Part shown: piece after piece, positions 16,010-26,083 of the stretch
How positions within the stretch are numbered: the first letter of the stretch is position 1
How the letters are laid out: every line of letters starts with the position of its first letter
Assembly (NCBI GenBank): GCA_946623785.1
Contig: CAMORM010000003.1
Span: 1-54,507, forward strand
Source of the DNA: an uncultured Verrucomicrobiota bacterium
Lineage (GTDB): Bacteria; Verrucomicrobiota; Kiritimatiellia; RFP12; UBA1067
Direction of reading: 5' to 3'
Length of the DNA: 54,507 nucleotides
The notes under the pieces: model-generated
Seen by the model: only the letters and a program-made list of their open reading frames with translations
Databases searched by the model: none
Told to the model about the DNA's origin: nothing
Program-made: the position numbers and the translations under genes

Positions 16010-17140
16010 TTACTGCGACACAACAACCTTGCCGCGGTCAGGGACTGCGTAGACGAGCGCGTATGGAGCCCCTTCATGCAACAGGAAATCGGCTTTGACT
16101 GGCTTCTCGCCCTGTGAGGCCTTGACCGTCTTCCACCCGTCCGGGAGCCTGACCTTCACTGTGAGAGGGAAATCGAAGACATCGTCCTTCATGCGGTCCG
16201 TTAGGTCGAAGGCGATTTTCTGCTGCGTGTTCTCTACGACATTCAGGGTCGCGGAATCGCGTTCCTGCCCGTACTTCGCTGCGTCATCGAAGCGGCACAC
16301 CCACAGTCGGTCGTCCTTGAGCGACGCGATGTAGCGAACCTCCCTTTCAGTACTGGCGGCGTTCTTTTCACGCGTTGCGTCATCCTTGCCTGCATGGACT
16401 AGATGGTACAGCACTATGTTCCATCCGCGCTTGAGATCCTTCTTGCCGTGCAGCCACTTCGGCCCCTCCTGCGTCTCGCCGAAGGCCACCATCTGCACAT
16501 GGCCCTTCCCTGCCGCGCCCTTGTTTGTGCAGAGGTAGTTGATCGTGTTCGCGCTGTTCGGCACGCCGTAGACGCCGCGGCACGCGATTGCGTACTTCGC
16601 GGCGATTGCCTCGTGAGGTTCGCCGCGGGGATAGGCGATGCAGCACGCAATGTTGTTCGTGACGTTGTCGTTTATCGCCTTGAGCGAGTCGCGGTACATC
16701 GCCTCGACCTCTTCGTCGGACGGCATGGGCACGTCGCCGTGCTTCGCCTTGTGGTTCGTCGTGTGCGACTGGATCGAATGTCCGGCGTTTGCGAGCTTCT
16801 GCCAGTCGGCCCAAGTGCCGTTGAAGCCGGTATTCCTGTTGTACACGCAGTGGTCGGTGATTACGAACCACGTGAGCTTTATCCCAAGCTCTTCGGAGAG
16901 CTTCAGCCACCAGTCGTGGTCCGGCTTGCTGTTGTCGTCGATGGTGATCGAGCACGCCGCGAACCTGTCCGCGTACCACAGGCACACGTCCGCCTCGCCC
17001 GGTTTCGCCGGCCATATAAGGTCGGGTGGCGTCTGGAAGCGTCCGCCCTTCGGCGCAGCCGGAAGGTTCATGAGCTGTTCGCCGCCGAAAGCAACGAGCG
17101 CGGACAACGCGAATGCGCAGGTGATGGACTTCATTGGCAT
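16010..17140 (-). CDS. Secreted polysaccharide deacetylase family protein (NodB/CE4-like)
   Basis: Signal peptide; SITIDD, HSIQSHTTNH, IAYPRG and VLYH motifs; small C-terminal beta domain; SD GAGGAGG before ATG 17140. Confidence 0.8.
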   Translation of the reverse strand: MPMKSITCAFALSALVAFGGEQLMNLPAAPKGGRFQTPPDLIWPAKPGEADVCLWYADRFAACSITIDDNSKPDHDWWLKLSEELGIKLTWFVITDHCVYNRNTGFNGTWADWQKLANAGHSIQSHTTNHKAKHGDVPMPSDEEVEAMYRDSLKAINDNVTNNIACCIAYPRGEPHEAIAAKYAIACRGVYGVPNSANTINYLCTNKGAAGKGHVQMVAFGETQEGPKWLHGKKDLKRGWNIVLYHLVHAGKDDATREKNAASTEREVRYIASLKDDRLWVCRFDDAAKYGQERDSATLNVVENTQQKIAFDLTDRMKDDVFDFPLTVKVRLPDGWKTVKASQGEKPVKADFLLHEGAPYALVYAVPDRGKVVVSQ

Positions 17141-17168
17141 GTCGTTTCCTCCTCTGTTGTTGGTTGTG

Positions 17169-18725
17169 CTACTGCGCATACGCGCCGCATGGGCGCGGAC
17201 CGGCGGGATATGGCTTGCCGTTTATGTCCGCTGGCACGCACTGGAGCGGGATGCCGTGCCTGAGTGCCGGGGAATCCTTGGGGAGCGCGTAGTTGTGGTT
17301 ATCCTCGTCGACGAACGCGCGTTCGATTCGGAGCGCCTCCGAGCCGTATTCGCCGCGTGCCTTGCCCTTCTTGTCCATGCCGTAGAAAGCGTTGCTGTAC
17401 ACCTTTAGCCCCGCTGAACCGTCGCCATTTGCGAGCGCCGCGAAGCCGCCCATCTGCGCGAACACGTTGTTGAAGACGCGCACGTCCTTCGGGTTGTAGG
17501 TGCCCTTCGGCGGCTTCCCCTCGCGCCATAGCCACGTCTGGTTGACGAGAGTGATGTGCGCGAAGATCACGTTCTCCATGTCGTCCGAATACTGCGAGTA
17601 CATGCCGTTCGCGCACTGGAAGGAGATGTTCACGAACGCCGAGTCCCTGAGCCTTATGCCGAAAAGCCCCTGGCACCGGCAGTTGTACCCCGAGACGTTG
17701 TAGAGGATCACGTCGTGCACCCAGTTGGGAGCCTTGGCGTGAGACTGGTGGAAGTCCGGGTGCGCGCCGGTCTTGCCAGGGTCCACGTCGTCGCAGCGGC
17801 AGTTGACCACAAGCTTGTCTGAGCCCGTCCACACGTCCGAGGATATCTTGTGCACGTAGTGCCCGCGCATGATCGTGCCGTCCGGCCCGTTGCCCATCTC
17901 GGTCGTTTCCCCGCCCGTAACGTACCCGACCATCCTGTTGCCGAACATGTTCGAGTTGCAGGCCCAGCGCCCCTTCTTGTTGAGCATAAGGCACTCGTCG
18001 ATCCAGCAGCACGTCGCCCCGTTCTCGCCGGCGAGGATCGTTGCGAACTTTCCTTCGGCGCTGCAGAAGAGCGTAAGCCCCCTGAATCGGTATTTGTCGC
18101 CGCCCGGCCTGCCAGGGGACAGCTCCACATCCTCGCGCCTCACGCCTGGCGCGGCGGATATCGTTGTCCAGTACTTGTTGCCCATGCCGCCGAACCCGCT
18201 GGGAGTGTACAAGCCCTTCTTCAAGTACACCGTGCCGCCGTCGCCGGCCTTCTTCACGGCCGCCTTGAGCGTCTTCATAGGATGCGCTTCCGTGCCGTCG
18301 CCCGAATCGTCGCCTTTTTCGGAGTCGGCCCACACCGGCACGGAATTGACGAGCTTCCCGGCGTTGTCCGCGTAGAGCCTGAGCTCGGGGAGGTCGAAGC
18401 TCTCCGCCGCCTGGTCCAGCGCAATCGCCTTCGCCGTTATGGCAACGGGGCCGTCGGCATGCTTCGACGCGTCAAACGGGAAGACGAACTCCCACACGCC
18501 GGTGCGGTCGTTGAACTCCGGCTTCCCGGCAGTCGACGCCGGCTTTCCGTCCACGGAGAACTCGACCTTGACTCCCGCCTCGTGGAAGGCGCACACCCCC
18601 GCCTTGAACACGCCCTTGACCCGCTGGTGCGGAATGACGTCCCACCTCGCAACTGGACGCGCCGCGGAAAGTGCAATCGGCGCTGCACCCGCTGAGGCGG
18701 CTAGAAGAACCATCAAGAAGCGCAT
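17169..18725 (-). CDS. Secreted protein with Ig-like domain, DUF1565-like start and right-handed beta-helix (pectin lyase-like) domain
   Basis: Signal peptide MRFLMVLLAASAGA; GDDSGDGTEAHPMKTLKAAV...GGTVYLKKGLY; HPDFHQ; C-terminal DINGKPYP..RPCGAY. Confidence 0.65.
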   Translation of the reverse strand: MRFLMVLLAASAGAAPIALSAARPVARWDVIPHQRVKGVFKAGVCAFHEAGVKVEFSVDGKPASTAGKPEFNDRTGVWEFVFPFDASKHADGPVAITAKAIALDQAAESFDLPELRLYADNAGKLVNSVPVWADSEKGDDSGDGTEAHPMKTLKAAVKKAGDGGTVYLKKGLYTPSGFGGMGNKYWTTISAAPGVRREDVELSPGRPGGDKYRFRGLTLFCSAEGKFATILAGENGATCCWIDECLMLNKKGRWACNSNMFGNRMVGYVTGGETTEMGNGPDGTIMRGHYVHKISSDVWTGSDKLVVNCRCDDVDPGKTGAHPDFHQSHAKAPNWVHDVILYNVSGYNCRCQGLFGIRLRDSAFVNISFQCANGMYSQYSDDMENVIFAHITLVNQTWLWREGKPPKGTYNPKDVRVFNNVFAQMGGFAALANGDGSAGLKVYSNAFYGMDKKGKARGEYGSEALRIERAFVDEDNHNYALPKDSPALRHGIPLQCVPADINGKPYPAGPRPCGAYAQ

Positions 18726-18828
18726 TGTACTCAGCCCTTTCTTCCCCCTGACCGGCTGCAACACCGGCGGAAATTAGTTTTGACGAAGGTATTGTTTCAA
18801 AAATCCAGCCCTATTGCAAGCGCGAAAG

Positions 18829-21800
18829 TCAGCGCACGAAGAAATGGAACCCTGATGCGACCACTTCGACCGTCGCGGGGCCGACCTTTAGCTCGCATGC
18901 CGGATGTCCGGCCACGGACACGTTCGCGGGATCCAGCCCCGCGATCGACCCGGCGCGAAGCATTACGTTCCTGCCTACGATTCCGCCGTTCGCCACGATC
19001 TCGATCCTCGCCGAGGGATCGAAAGCCGCATTCCCGGAGACTTCAAGCGGCACCCCTCCAAACCCGCCATACGGGATCTCGAAGCGAATCTTAGAAGATG
19101 CGCCTCCCGCAAGACCGGAAGCGGACAAAAGAGCGCCCCTTCCAATGGTCAGCGAGCCGCCGTTTGCGCCTGTTACCGAAACGGAGCCTGACACTTCGTA
19201 ACGTCCGCGCAACAGGCTTGCCGAGCACCCATTGTCCCCGCCAACAGACATCGACGGCGACGAAAGCGCCATGCCGTTGAAGTCAAGCGCGACCGGCCCC
19301 GCCGCATCGAACGAAATCGCGCCGCAGGAAACGCTGTTTGTGGACTCGACGGTCCCTCCGGCAGTGGAGAACACAGGCTCGAGATTCGGCGCCACGGGCG
19401 CGATGCCCCTGTGCCAGTTGTCGCCATCGCACCAATCGGAGGAAACATCCCCGGTCCAGACCATTCCGGCCGGAAGCACGCACCTGGCCATGGAAGACGC
19501 GGAAGCAAGGACTCGACCGTCGGAAGAAGATGTCTCGGCGCGAAACACGACAATCCATTCAAGCCCATAGTCGTCGCTTAAGAAGTCCTCGTACGGGAAT
19601 GTGAACGAAATCTCGCCCGGCAAGTTTGTCGTGACAGAACCCAATTCGAACATGTCCTCGGCATCGGTTCCGACATAGCACACTACGTCGGCCTCCCCGC
19701 ATCCAACGTCGTCAATGCTGCATGTCGCGGTAAGGCCATTCGCGTCCGACGCAAAAGTGACGTTGGAAAACTCAACGAGCCCCTTCGTAACGAACCTGCC
19801 GGAAACCTCGGAAAGCCCATGGGAAACAACAAGGCTGTACGAGTAGCCAACCACAGGAGACAGATTCTCAAGCTCGCACGAGAAGGCGCCTGTCGCAGGA
19901 ACCGTCCCCAGGTCTTTCGTCGCTTCATATTCGCCATCGAGTGAACTGCATGCTACGTATGCGGGCGTCGGCGCGGAACCGTCACCAAGGGAAACGACGT
20001 AGAAGCCGAGAGTCGCCTTGCCATTTTCGATTCCCGTCACACCAGTCGGCACGACGACGGGCGCATCGGGGATGTTCACACCGGCGGCGCACGAAAAGAG
20101 CTCCGGCTCGCCATCGGCTGGCTCCGTGCCGCCTTCCCACACCGCCGCATGGTCTCCAGCCGCCTCCGGCCCGAGATAATAAGCGTAGAACACGGCGTTT
20201 GTCGCAAGCGACGGCAGACGCACGCGCACAAGCGATTCCCCCGATGGATTCCACCGCTCGATCTCATGTGGAATCGAGGCCCCGGAAGAGTCTGTGAAAA
20301 AGATGTCGGCGCCAGTCCCCGGAAACGCGAAATCGCCATAACTGAAACCGGAGATGTCCTCGCCAAGGCGCACAAGCACCTGTCGGTTGTCCGTCTGATC
20401 GCCGGAATACCGAGTTGCGACGAACGCAAGCCTCATGCCGTAGAGATCAGGCGACACCTGGTACGAACCATACGAGAAGGCGTTTTCCCCTTTTGCAAGA
20501 GCAGTCAGCTCGTATTCGCCATCCTCTCCGATGGCTGTTGCGACGGCGTATGCGGAATAGTCATACGCGTGGCCCGCTTCCATCGCAGGAACGGAAAACG
20601 TGAGATTCGCCGGAGCGGAAACACTGGACGCAGCGGCAATCTGGTTCGTGAATGTTTCGCCCGTCAGGACGTCGGTGAAGACGGCAAAGACGTCGGCCTT
20701 GCCATGCTCGAGCGTGACGGAGAAGACGAAGTCGCTGTCGGTCTGCCCTTTGGCAACTACCGGCCTACCAGCAAAGCGCGGCGCGTCACTGTTGCCGTCA
20801 ACGGCGCCATAAGCGAGGAAGCCCGGGTTCGCAACGGTGTCGTACTCCGCCTTGGCCCAGTCCGCCGACGTTGCCTCACGGTAGAGGCGCAGCTCGTCGT
20901 ACTGTCCGTTCCAGCTCTGCGCGTCGCCGTCGGAATCGCATCCAAAGCAAAGCGCCCTCACGGGAGCCCCCTCTCCGTTTATCGCCCTGACAGCGGAAAT
21001 GCCGTATCCATCCGCCAGCTCAATGCCGTTCTGGTACACGCGAAGCGTTGAGCCGTCGAACGAGAAGTTCAGGAGATTCCATTCGCCGACAAGCGTGCGC
21101 GCACAGGTAACCGAAGCAAAGCTCGAATATCCGTCAGCCGTGCCCGTCCTTACCGACAACGTGTTGGTTCCAGTCGCCGAGACCTCCCAGCCGCCATTGT
21201 CGTGGAAGCTGGACATGCACGAAACAAGCCTCGGCGAGGCGTCTGCCGGGATGTCGTTGGCGCGGAACCATCCGGAGAAGGAAAATGCGCTTCCCAGGCC
21301 GCCTTCGCTGTATTCGTTGGGAAGCTCCACTCTGCTGAATTCGTCCACTGACAGATATGCGCCCGCAAGCAAATCGGCCGACTGGTTGACCCGGGCCGAC
21401 CCAACTGCGCCATCAGGCCAGCCTCTCATCTCGGCCGCATGCGATTCGCGTCCGACCGAGGCGTCGAGCGACTCGTCGGTGGAATCCTTAGCAATGCCGA
21501 ATTCCTCGCCCATGTGCCACACTCCGAAACAGCTTAGCCAAGTGCTGGCGGAATCGCCAAGGCCATTATACAGGTGATAGTCGTCCAACTTGTTGTGGAA
21601 GCACATGAATATCCTGGTACATCCGTCCTTGACAGGATTCAAGGCGACGCGCACCCAATACAACGCGGTTCCATTCTGGTCAATGCAGTCGAACTCGCTC
21701 GACAGCATGAGGCCGTCTTCGCCGAAGAAGGCAATGTCGCTTGGGCTGCGCATCATTTGCATGCTGAAGCCGGGGATATGGCCTCCGACCCTGACAAGCA

Positions 21801-21954
21801 CAGGGAAAATATCGAGCCTGCTGTCGCCGGCATAACCCGCAACATCTATCTGGACGCTATGGGAAAAGTCATTGGTGGTGACGACATCGTCGCCAGAAGC
21901 CCCGAACAGCGCCGTCGACCAGCACATGGCCCAAAGCAGAAGCAGTTTTCGCAT
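18829..21954 (-). CDS. Large secreted multidomain protein: DUF2341 + LamG/concanavalin A-like + second DUF2341 + beta-rich C-terminus (alternative start 21972)
   Basis: Signal peptide MRKLLLLWAMCWSTALFG; FPVLVRV...DIAF...ALYWVRV; GVWHMGE; WNGQYDELRLY; GADIFFTDSSGASIPHEIERWN; ends GFHFFVR. Confidence 0.8.
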   Translation of the reverse strand: MRKLLLLWAMCWSTALFGASGDDVVTTNDFSHSVQIDVAGYAGDSRLDIFPVLVRVGGHIPGFSMQMMRSPSDIAFFGEDGLMLSSEFDCIDQNGTALYWVRVALNPVKDGCTRIFMCFHNKLDDYHLYNGLGDSASTWLSCFGVWHMGEEFGIAKDSTDESLDASVGRESHAAEMRGWPDGAVGSARVNQSADLLAGAYLSVDEFSRVELPNEYSEGGLGSAFSFSGWFRANDIPADASPRLVSCMSSFHDNGGWEVSATGTNTLSVRTGTADGYSSFASVTCARTLVGEWNLLNFSFDGSTLRVYQNGIELADGYGISAVRAINGEGAPVRALCFGCDSDGDAQSWNGQYDELRLYREATSADWAKAEYDTVANPGFLAYGAVDGNSDAPRFAGRPVVAKGQTDSDFVFSVTLEHGKADVFAVFTDVLTGETFTNQIAAASSVSAPANLTFSVPAMEAGHAYDYSAYAVATAIGEDGEYELTALAKGENAFSYGSYQVSPDLYGMRLAFVATRYSGDQTDNRQVLVRLGEDISGFSYGDFAFPGTGADIFFTDSSGASIPHEIERWNPSGESLVRVRLPSLATNAVFYAYYLGPEAAGDHAAVWEGGTEPADGEPELFSCAAGVNIPDAPVVVPTGVTGIENGKATLGFYVVSLGDGSAPTPAYVACSSLDGEYEATKDLGTVPATGAFSCELENLSPVVGYSYSLVVSHGLSEVSGRFVTKGLVEFSNVTFASDANGLTATCSIDDVGCGEADVVCYVGTDAEDMFELGSVTTNLPGEISFTFPYEDFLSDDYGLEWIVVFRAETSSSDGRVLASASSMARCVLPAGMVWTGDVSSDWCDGDNWHRGIAPVAPNLEPVFSTAGGTVESTNSVSCGAISFDAAGPVALDFNGMALSSPSMSVGGDNGCSASLLRGRYEVSGSVSVTGANGGSLTIGRGALLSASGLAGGASSKIRFEIPYGGFGGVPLEVSGNAAFDPSARIEIVANGGIVGRNVMLRAGSIAGLDPANVSVAGHPACELKVGPATVEVVASGFHFFVR

Positions 21955-22059
21955 CGCATTCTCCATTCTCATTTACGGCATTCCACCCCTGCAAAGGCGG
22001 GCCGACATCCGACGGTTGAAATTTTAGCAATTATCAGCGCCAAAGTGAAGCCGAGAATA

Positions 22060-22068
22060 TGGTATAAT
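22060..22068 (+). promoter_or_regulatory. Extended -10 promoter TGGTATAAT, 9 nt before the rluA-family ATG
   Basis: Exact TGnTATAAT; no SD. Confidence 0.6.
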
Positions 22069-22077
22069 TTGCTCTGC

Positions 22078-22833
22078 ATGAAGGAACGCAGGAGACAGAA
22101 CGGCCGCAAGGCCGAGGGGAATGCAGGACATCCGAAGCGGACCGTCGAAGTGCTGTTCGACGATTCTGACATTGTCGTAGTGAACAAGCCAGCCGGAATG
22201 GTCGTCCATCCGGCACCCGGACACGAGTCGGGCGCACTCACGGACGAGCTTCTGAAGATGTTCCCCCAGATGGCCGGAGTGGGGAGCGCGGAACGCCCTG
22301 GCGTTGTCCATCGCCTTGACATCGAGACGAGCGGCGTTATGGTGTTCGCAAAGACGCAGCGAGCCTATGCAAAGCTCCGCCAGGACTTCGAAAGCCACGG
22401 CTCCATCGGCAAGACGTACCTCGCCGTGCTCCACGGCGCGCCGAAGCCACCCGAGGGGACGATAAGAACCCTCATAGGGCGCAAGGCGTGGGACTCAAGG
22501 AGAATGGCGTCGTTCGCCGAAGGGAACGCCCCGCGCGAAGCTAAGCCGGCAGTCTCGCACTGGACCGTCCTGCAAAGGCACGGCCCGCTGGCACTCGTGG
22601 AATTCAGGATCGAAACGGGGAGAACCCACCAGATCAGGCTGCACGCGGCGGAACTTGGTCATCCTGTCGTTGGAGACACGCTTTACGGCGACGCAGCGAA
22701 GGACGCGCACCTCGCCTCAAAACCGGCGCGCCACCTTCTGCACGCCGTGGGGCTTTCGTTCAACCACCCCGTGACAGGCAGGCGGCTTGAGTTCTTCGCC
22801 GAACCGCCGCCAGACATCGTGTACGCGCACTAG
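22078..22833 (+). CDS. RluA/RluD family pseudouridine synthase (no S4 domain)
   Basis: VVNKPAGMVVHP, VHRLDIETSG, ETGRTHQIRLH, GHPVVGDTLYG. Confidence 0.93.
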   Translation: MKERRRQNGRKAEGNAGHPKRTVEVLFDDSDIVVVNKPAGMVVHPAPGHESGALTDELLKMFPQMAGVGSAERPGVVHRLDIETSGVMVFAKTQRAYAKLRQDFESHGSIGKTYLAVLHGAPKPPEGTIRTLIGRKAWDSRRMASFAEGNAPREAKPAVSHWTVLQRHGPLALVEFRIETGRTHQIRLHAAELGHPVVGDTLYGDAAKDAHLASKPARHLLHAVGLSFNHPVTGRRLEFFAEPPPDIVYAH

Positions 22834-23912
22834 GCTCCGATGTTCTCGACGAGCGAGGCCACCCTTCCCGCTGCGCCGGCGGCGCTGTGTTCGCCGATCA
22901 CCTTCATCGCGGCGGACATGCGCGCCAGCTCCTCCGGATGTGTGGCCTTGTGCATGATGTAGCGCTCGATGGAACGTCCGGTGAGCTCCTTCTGTATCCC
23001 CTCGTCGGCCGCATGCCCGCGCACGAACGCCTGGGCGTTGTAGTGCTGGTGGTCGCGAACCGCAGTGGGCAGCGGAATGAGGAGCGCGGGCTTGCCGCAC
23101 TTGGCGAGCTCGAAGCACGTGGACGCGCCGGCGCGCGCAACAACGATGTCCGCGCTTGCGAACGCCGACGCCATCTCCCGCTCGAACGCCTGCACGCGGG
23201 ACTTCAGCCCCGCCGCGGCGTACCTGGCCATCACGGCTCCTTCGTCCGCCGCGCCGGTCTGGTGGATGACGAAAAGCGGACGTCCGAAATTAGTCTTCTC
23301 GAACTCTTCCTTGAGGAGCACGAGCGCCTGTCCCATGAGCTCGTTCACTCGGTGCGCGCCCTGGCTGCCGCCTGTCACGAACACGGTGAACGCGTTTTCC
23401 GGTATCATGTCGAAGCGCTTGCCGCAGTCTATGCCCTCCCGCACGGGAAGCCCCGTAAGCTCGGTCCTGCGCCCCTTCAGGCGCGACGCCGTTTCGGGGA
23501 AGGAGATCGCAACGCACTTCGCGTAGCGCGAAAGGAAGCTAACCGCCTTGCCTGGCACCGTGTTGGCCTCGTGAAGGACAACCGGCACCTTCTGCATCCG
23601 TGCCGCGAGCACGGGCGGAAGCGATGAGTACGACCCCATGGCGAGCATGGCGTCAGGCTTGAAGCGCTTGATCTCGCGAAGGCAGCGGAGTATCGCGAAG
23701 AAGTTCGCGAAGCTGTTGAACGCCGACAGCTGCCTGGCGCCGGTTGCAAACACCGGACCGACCCAGTCGTGCAGCGCCGACCCCTCCACGTCACGCCCGG
23801 AACTCCACAGAGCGACATCGTGGCCGCGCGCCTTCAGCTCGCGCGCGACCGCCAGCCCGGGAAGCGCGTGCCCTCCCGTTCCTCCGCATGCAACGACAAT
23901 CTTCTTCGGCAT
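22830..23912 (-). CDS. murG: Lipid II GlcNAc transferase MurG
   Basis: GGTGGH, HEAN, TGLPVR, GGSQGA, HQTG, ARAGAST, HQHYNA. Confidence 0.96.
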   Translation of the reverse strand: MPKKIVVACGGTGGHALPGLAVARELKARGHDVALWSSGRDVEGSALHDWVGPVFATGARQLSAFNSFANFFAILRCLREIKRFKPDAMLAMGSYSSLPPVLAARMQKVPVVLHEANTVPGKAVSFLSRYAKCVAISFPETASRLKGRRTELTGLPVREGIDCGKRFDMIPENAFTVFVTGGSQGAHRVNELMGQALVLLKEEFEKTNFGRPLFVIHQTGAADEGAVMARYAAAGLKSRVQAFEREMASAFASADIVVARAGASTCFELAKCGKPALLIPLPTAVRDHQHYNAQAFVRGHAADEGIQKELTGRSIERYIMHKATHPEELARMSAAMKVIGEHSAAGAAGRVASLVENIGA

Positions 23913-23930
23913 TGCTCGTCTCCGTTGAAA

Positions 23931-24977
23931 TCACTGCGCGGACTGCCGTCCGCTCATCTTTGAAAAATACTCGATCGTCTTGGCAAGGCCCTCGCGCAGC
24001 GGGACCTTCGGCTCCCATCCGAGGAGCGCCTTCGCAAGCGTGATGTCCGGCTTGCGCCTGCGCGGGTCGTCCTTCGGAAGCGGCGCAAACACGATCTTCG
24101 ACTTGGACGCTGGGATCTGGCGGAGCGTTTCCTCCGCAAGCTGCTTGATCGTGTATTCGCCTGGGTTGCCGGTGTTTATCACGGGGACGTCGGGCGTCAC
24201 GATCTTCGAGGAGCTCGGGACGCTTCCAGGGCAGACCTTCGAAAGCGGCTTGCCGCCGAAGAACTCGGCGATCCTCTTGGGCGACACGGCCATGTAGCGC
24301 ATGAACGCCTCTATCAGATCGTCGCAGTACTGGAAGGATCGAGTCTGCTTTCCGTCGCCGAAGAGCGTGATGTCCCTGCTCGCGAGCGCCTGCATTATGA
24401 AGTTCGATATCACGCGCCCGTCCTTCGGGTGCATGTTCGGCCCGTACGTGTTGAAGATGCGCACCATGCGCACGTCAACCCCATACTCGCGGCGGTAGTC
24501 TGCGCACAGCGTCTCCGCGCAGCGCTTCCCCTCGTCGTAGCAGCTTCGGATGCCGATCGTGTTGACGTTGCCCCAGTAGCTCTCGACCTGCGGGTGCACA
24601 AGCGGGTCTCCGTAGATCTCGCTCGTGGACGTATGGAGGAGGCGCGCCTTTGTCTTGAGCGCGAGGTCGAGCATGTTCATCATGCCGAGCACAGAGCTCT
24701 TCATCGTCTCGACAGGGTTTTTCTGGTAGTGTATGGGGGACGCCGGGCAGGCGAGGTTGTAGATTTCGTCGAACTGGCCCCAGAACGGCTGCGTCACGTC
24801 GTGCAGCACGAACGAGAAGCGCTTGTCGTCCATCAGGTCGTATATGTTCGCCTTCGTGCCGGTGAAGAGGTTGTCAAGCGCCGTGACCTCATAGCCTTCG
24901 GCGAGAAGCCTGCGGCAGAGATGTGAACCGAGGAACCCCGCCCCGCCTGTGACCAGCGCCTTCTTTGATAATGTCAT
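23931..24977 (-). CDS. UDP-glucuronate decarboxylase (UDP-xylose synthase family SDR)
   Basis: [56 protein letters not shown]. Confidence 0.92.
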   Translation of the reverse strand: MTLSKKALVTGGAGFLGSHLCRRLLAEGYEVTALDNLFTGTKANIYDLMDDKRFSFVLHDVTQPFWGQFDEIYNLACPASPIHYQKNPVETMKSSVLGMMNMLDLALKTKARLLHTSTSEIYGDPLVHPQVESYWGNVNTIGIRSCYDEGKRCAETLCADYRREYGVDVRMVRIFNTYGPNMHPKDGRVISNFIMQALASRDITLFGDGKQTRSFQYCDDLIEAFMRYMAVSPKRIAEFFGGKPLSKVCPGSVPSSSKIVTPDVPVINTGNPGEYTIKQLAEETLRQIPASKSKIVFAPLPKDDPRRRKPDITLAKALLGWEPKVPLREGLAKTIEYFSKMSGRQSAQ

Positions 24978-25017
24978 TCCATTGCCTCGTGTGTTTGTGC
25001 TTTCCTGTAATTGGGCG

Positions 25018-25055
25018 GTATTGTACCGAAAAACGGGGCGGTTCTCAATGACAAA
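25018..25055 (-). promoter_or_regulatory. Sigma70-type promoter TTGAGA-N17-TACAAT of uxs-murG; near-identical copy at 43823-43860
   Basis: gtattgtaccgaaaaacggggcggttctcaatgacaaa; 35/38 identical to the ahcY upstream region. Confidence 0.7.
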
Positions 25056-25183
25056 ACCAACAAGATTAAGCCACGGGGCAGATTACTTTGAACGAGATTC
25101 ACCGTTCAGCGTTTCTGTGCTGGTTGTGGAGCTGTTCCCCTTCCTTTCGAAGTCCGTTCTGTCTACGCGAACTGGGACAAAAA

Positions 25184-26083
25184 TTACAGACGCCCGCGCG
25201 CGTTGACGAAAAACGCCATAGCCACGATCACGGCGAACCCGAGAAGAGTAAGCGCGTCCGGTGCGGACTGCCCCAGGAAGAGGCAACCGAGAATCGCCGC
25301 AAATATGACGTTCGTATAGTCAAACACCGCGATCTTGCGCGGCTCGTCCAGCCTGTAGGCGGCCGTTATCCCGAACTGCCCGAGCGCCGCGGAAGCGCCC
25401 GCGCCGACGAGTATCGCCACCTGCTCGAAAGTCATGGGGACAAAGTCCACGGCCATGAAAGGCAGCGCCGCGAAGCACGAGAACACCGAGAAGAAGAGGA
25501 CTATGAACCTTCCGTCCGCCTTCATTATCCCAAGTTCCCTCACGCACGCGTACGCGGCTCCAGCGGAAAGCCCGCCGAGCAGTCCAGCAGCAGCAGGCCA
25601 GAGGGGAAGGTGTTCGAAGCCGGGACGGACGACCATTCCAACGCCCACCAGCGCGCCAAGAATGCACAGACACTGACGAAGGGAGATTCTCTCGCCTATG
25701 AAAAGCCAGCTGAACACGACGGTGAAGAAAGGCGCCATCTTGTTGAGCATCAGCGCGTCACAGAGCGGAATCCGCGATATCGCGTAGAAGTTCGCAAATA
25801 TCCCGACAGTGCCGAAAGCCGCCCGCAGGAGAAGGACGAGGCGCCCTCGCGGCGAAAGGAGCGAATAGCACTCGCGCGCCGATGGCGTGTCGCTCCTCAT
25901 GAACATCGCAAGCGCGATTGCCGCCGCAACCACGTTGCGGAAGAACCCCTTCTGGAAGGCAGAAATCGCTTCGCCGTGGAAGTCGGCGAGGCGCACGAAC
26001 ATGCCCATCAGCGCGAAGCCGAACGCCGATGCCACTATGCAGCAGATCGCCTTAAGTCGTGTAGTCGGCGTTGATGTGGACAT
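25184..26083 (-). CDS. DMT/EamA family transporter
   Basis: About 10 TM helices in two repeats; FFRN, APFFTVVFSWLFIGE, GQFGITAAY. Confidence 0.88.
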   Translation of the reverse strand: MSTSTPTTRLKAICCIVASAFGFALMGMFVRLADFHGEAISAFQKGFFRNVVAAAIALAMFMRSDTPSARECYSLLSPRGRLVLLLRAAFGTVGIFANFYAISRIPLCDALMLNKMAPFFTVVFSWLFIGERISLRQCLCILGALVGVGMVVRPGFEHLPLWPAAAGLLGGLSAGAAYACVRELGIMKADGRFIVLFFSVFSCFAALPFMAVDFVPMTFEQVAILVGAGASAALGQFGITAAYRLDEPRKIAVFDYTNVIFAAILGCLFLGQSAPDALTLLGFAVIVAMAFFVNARGRL

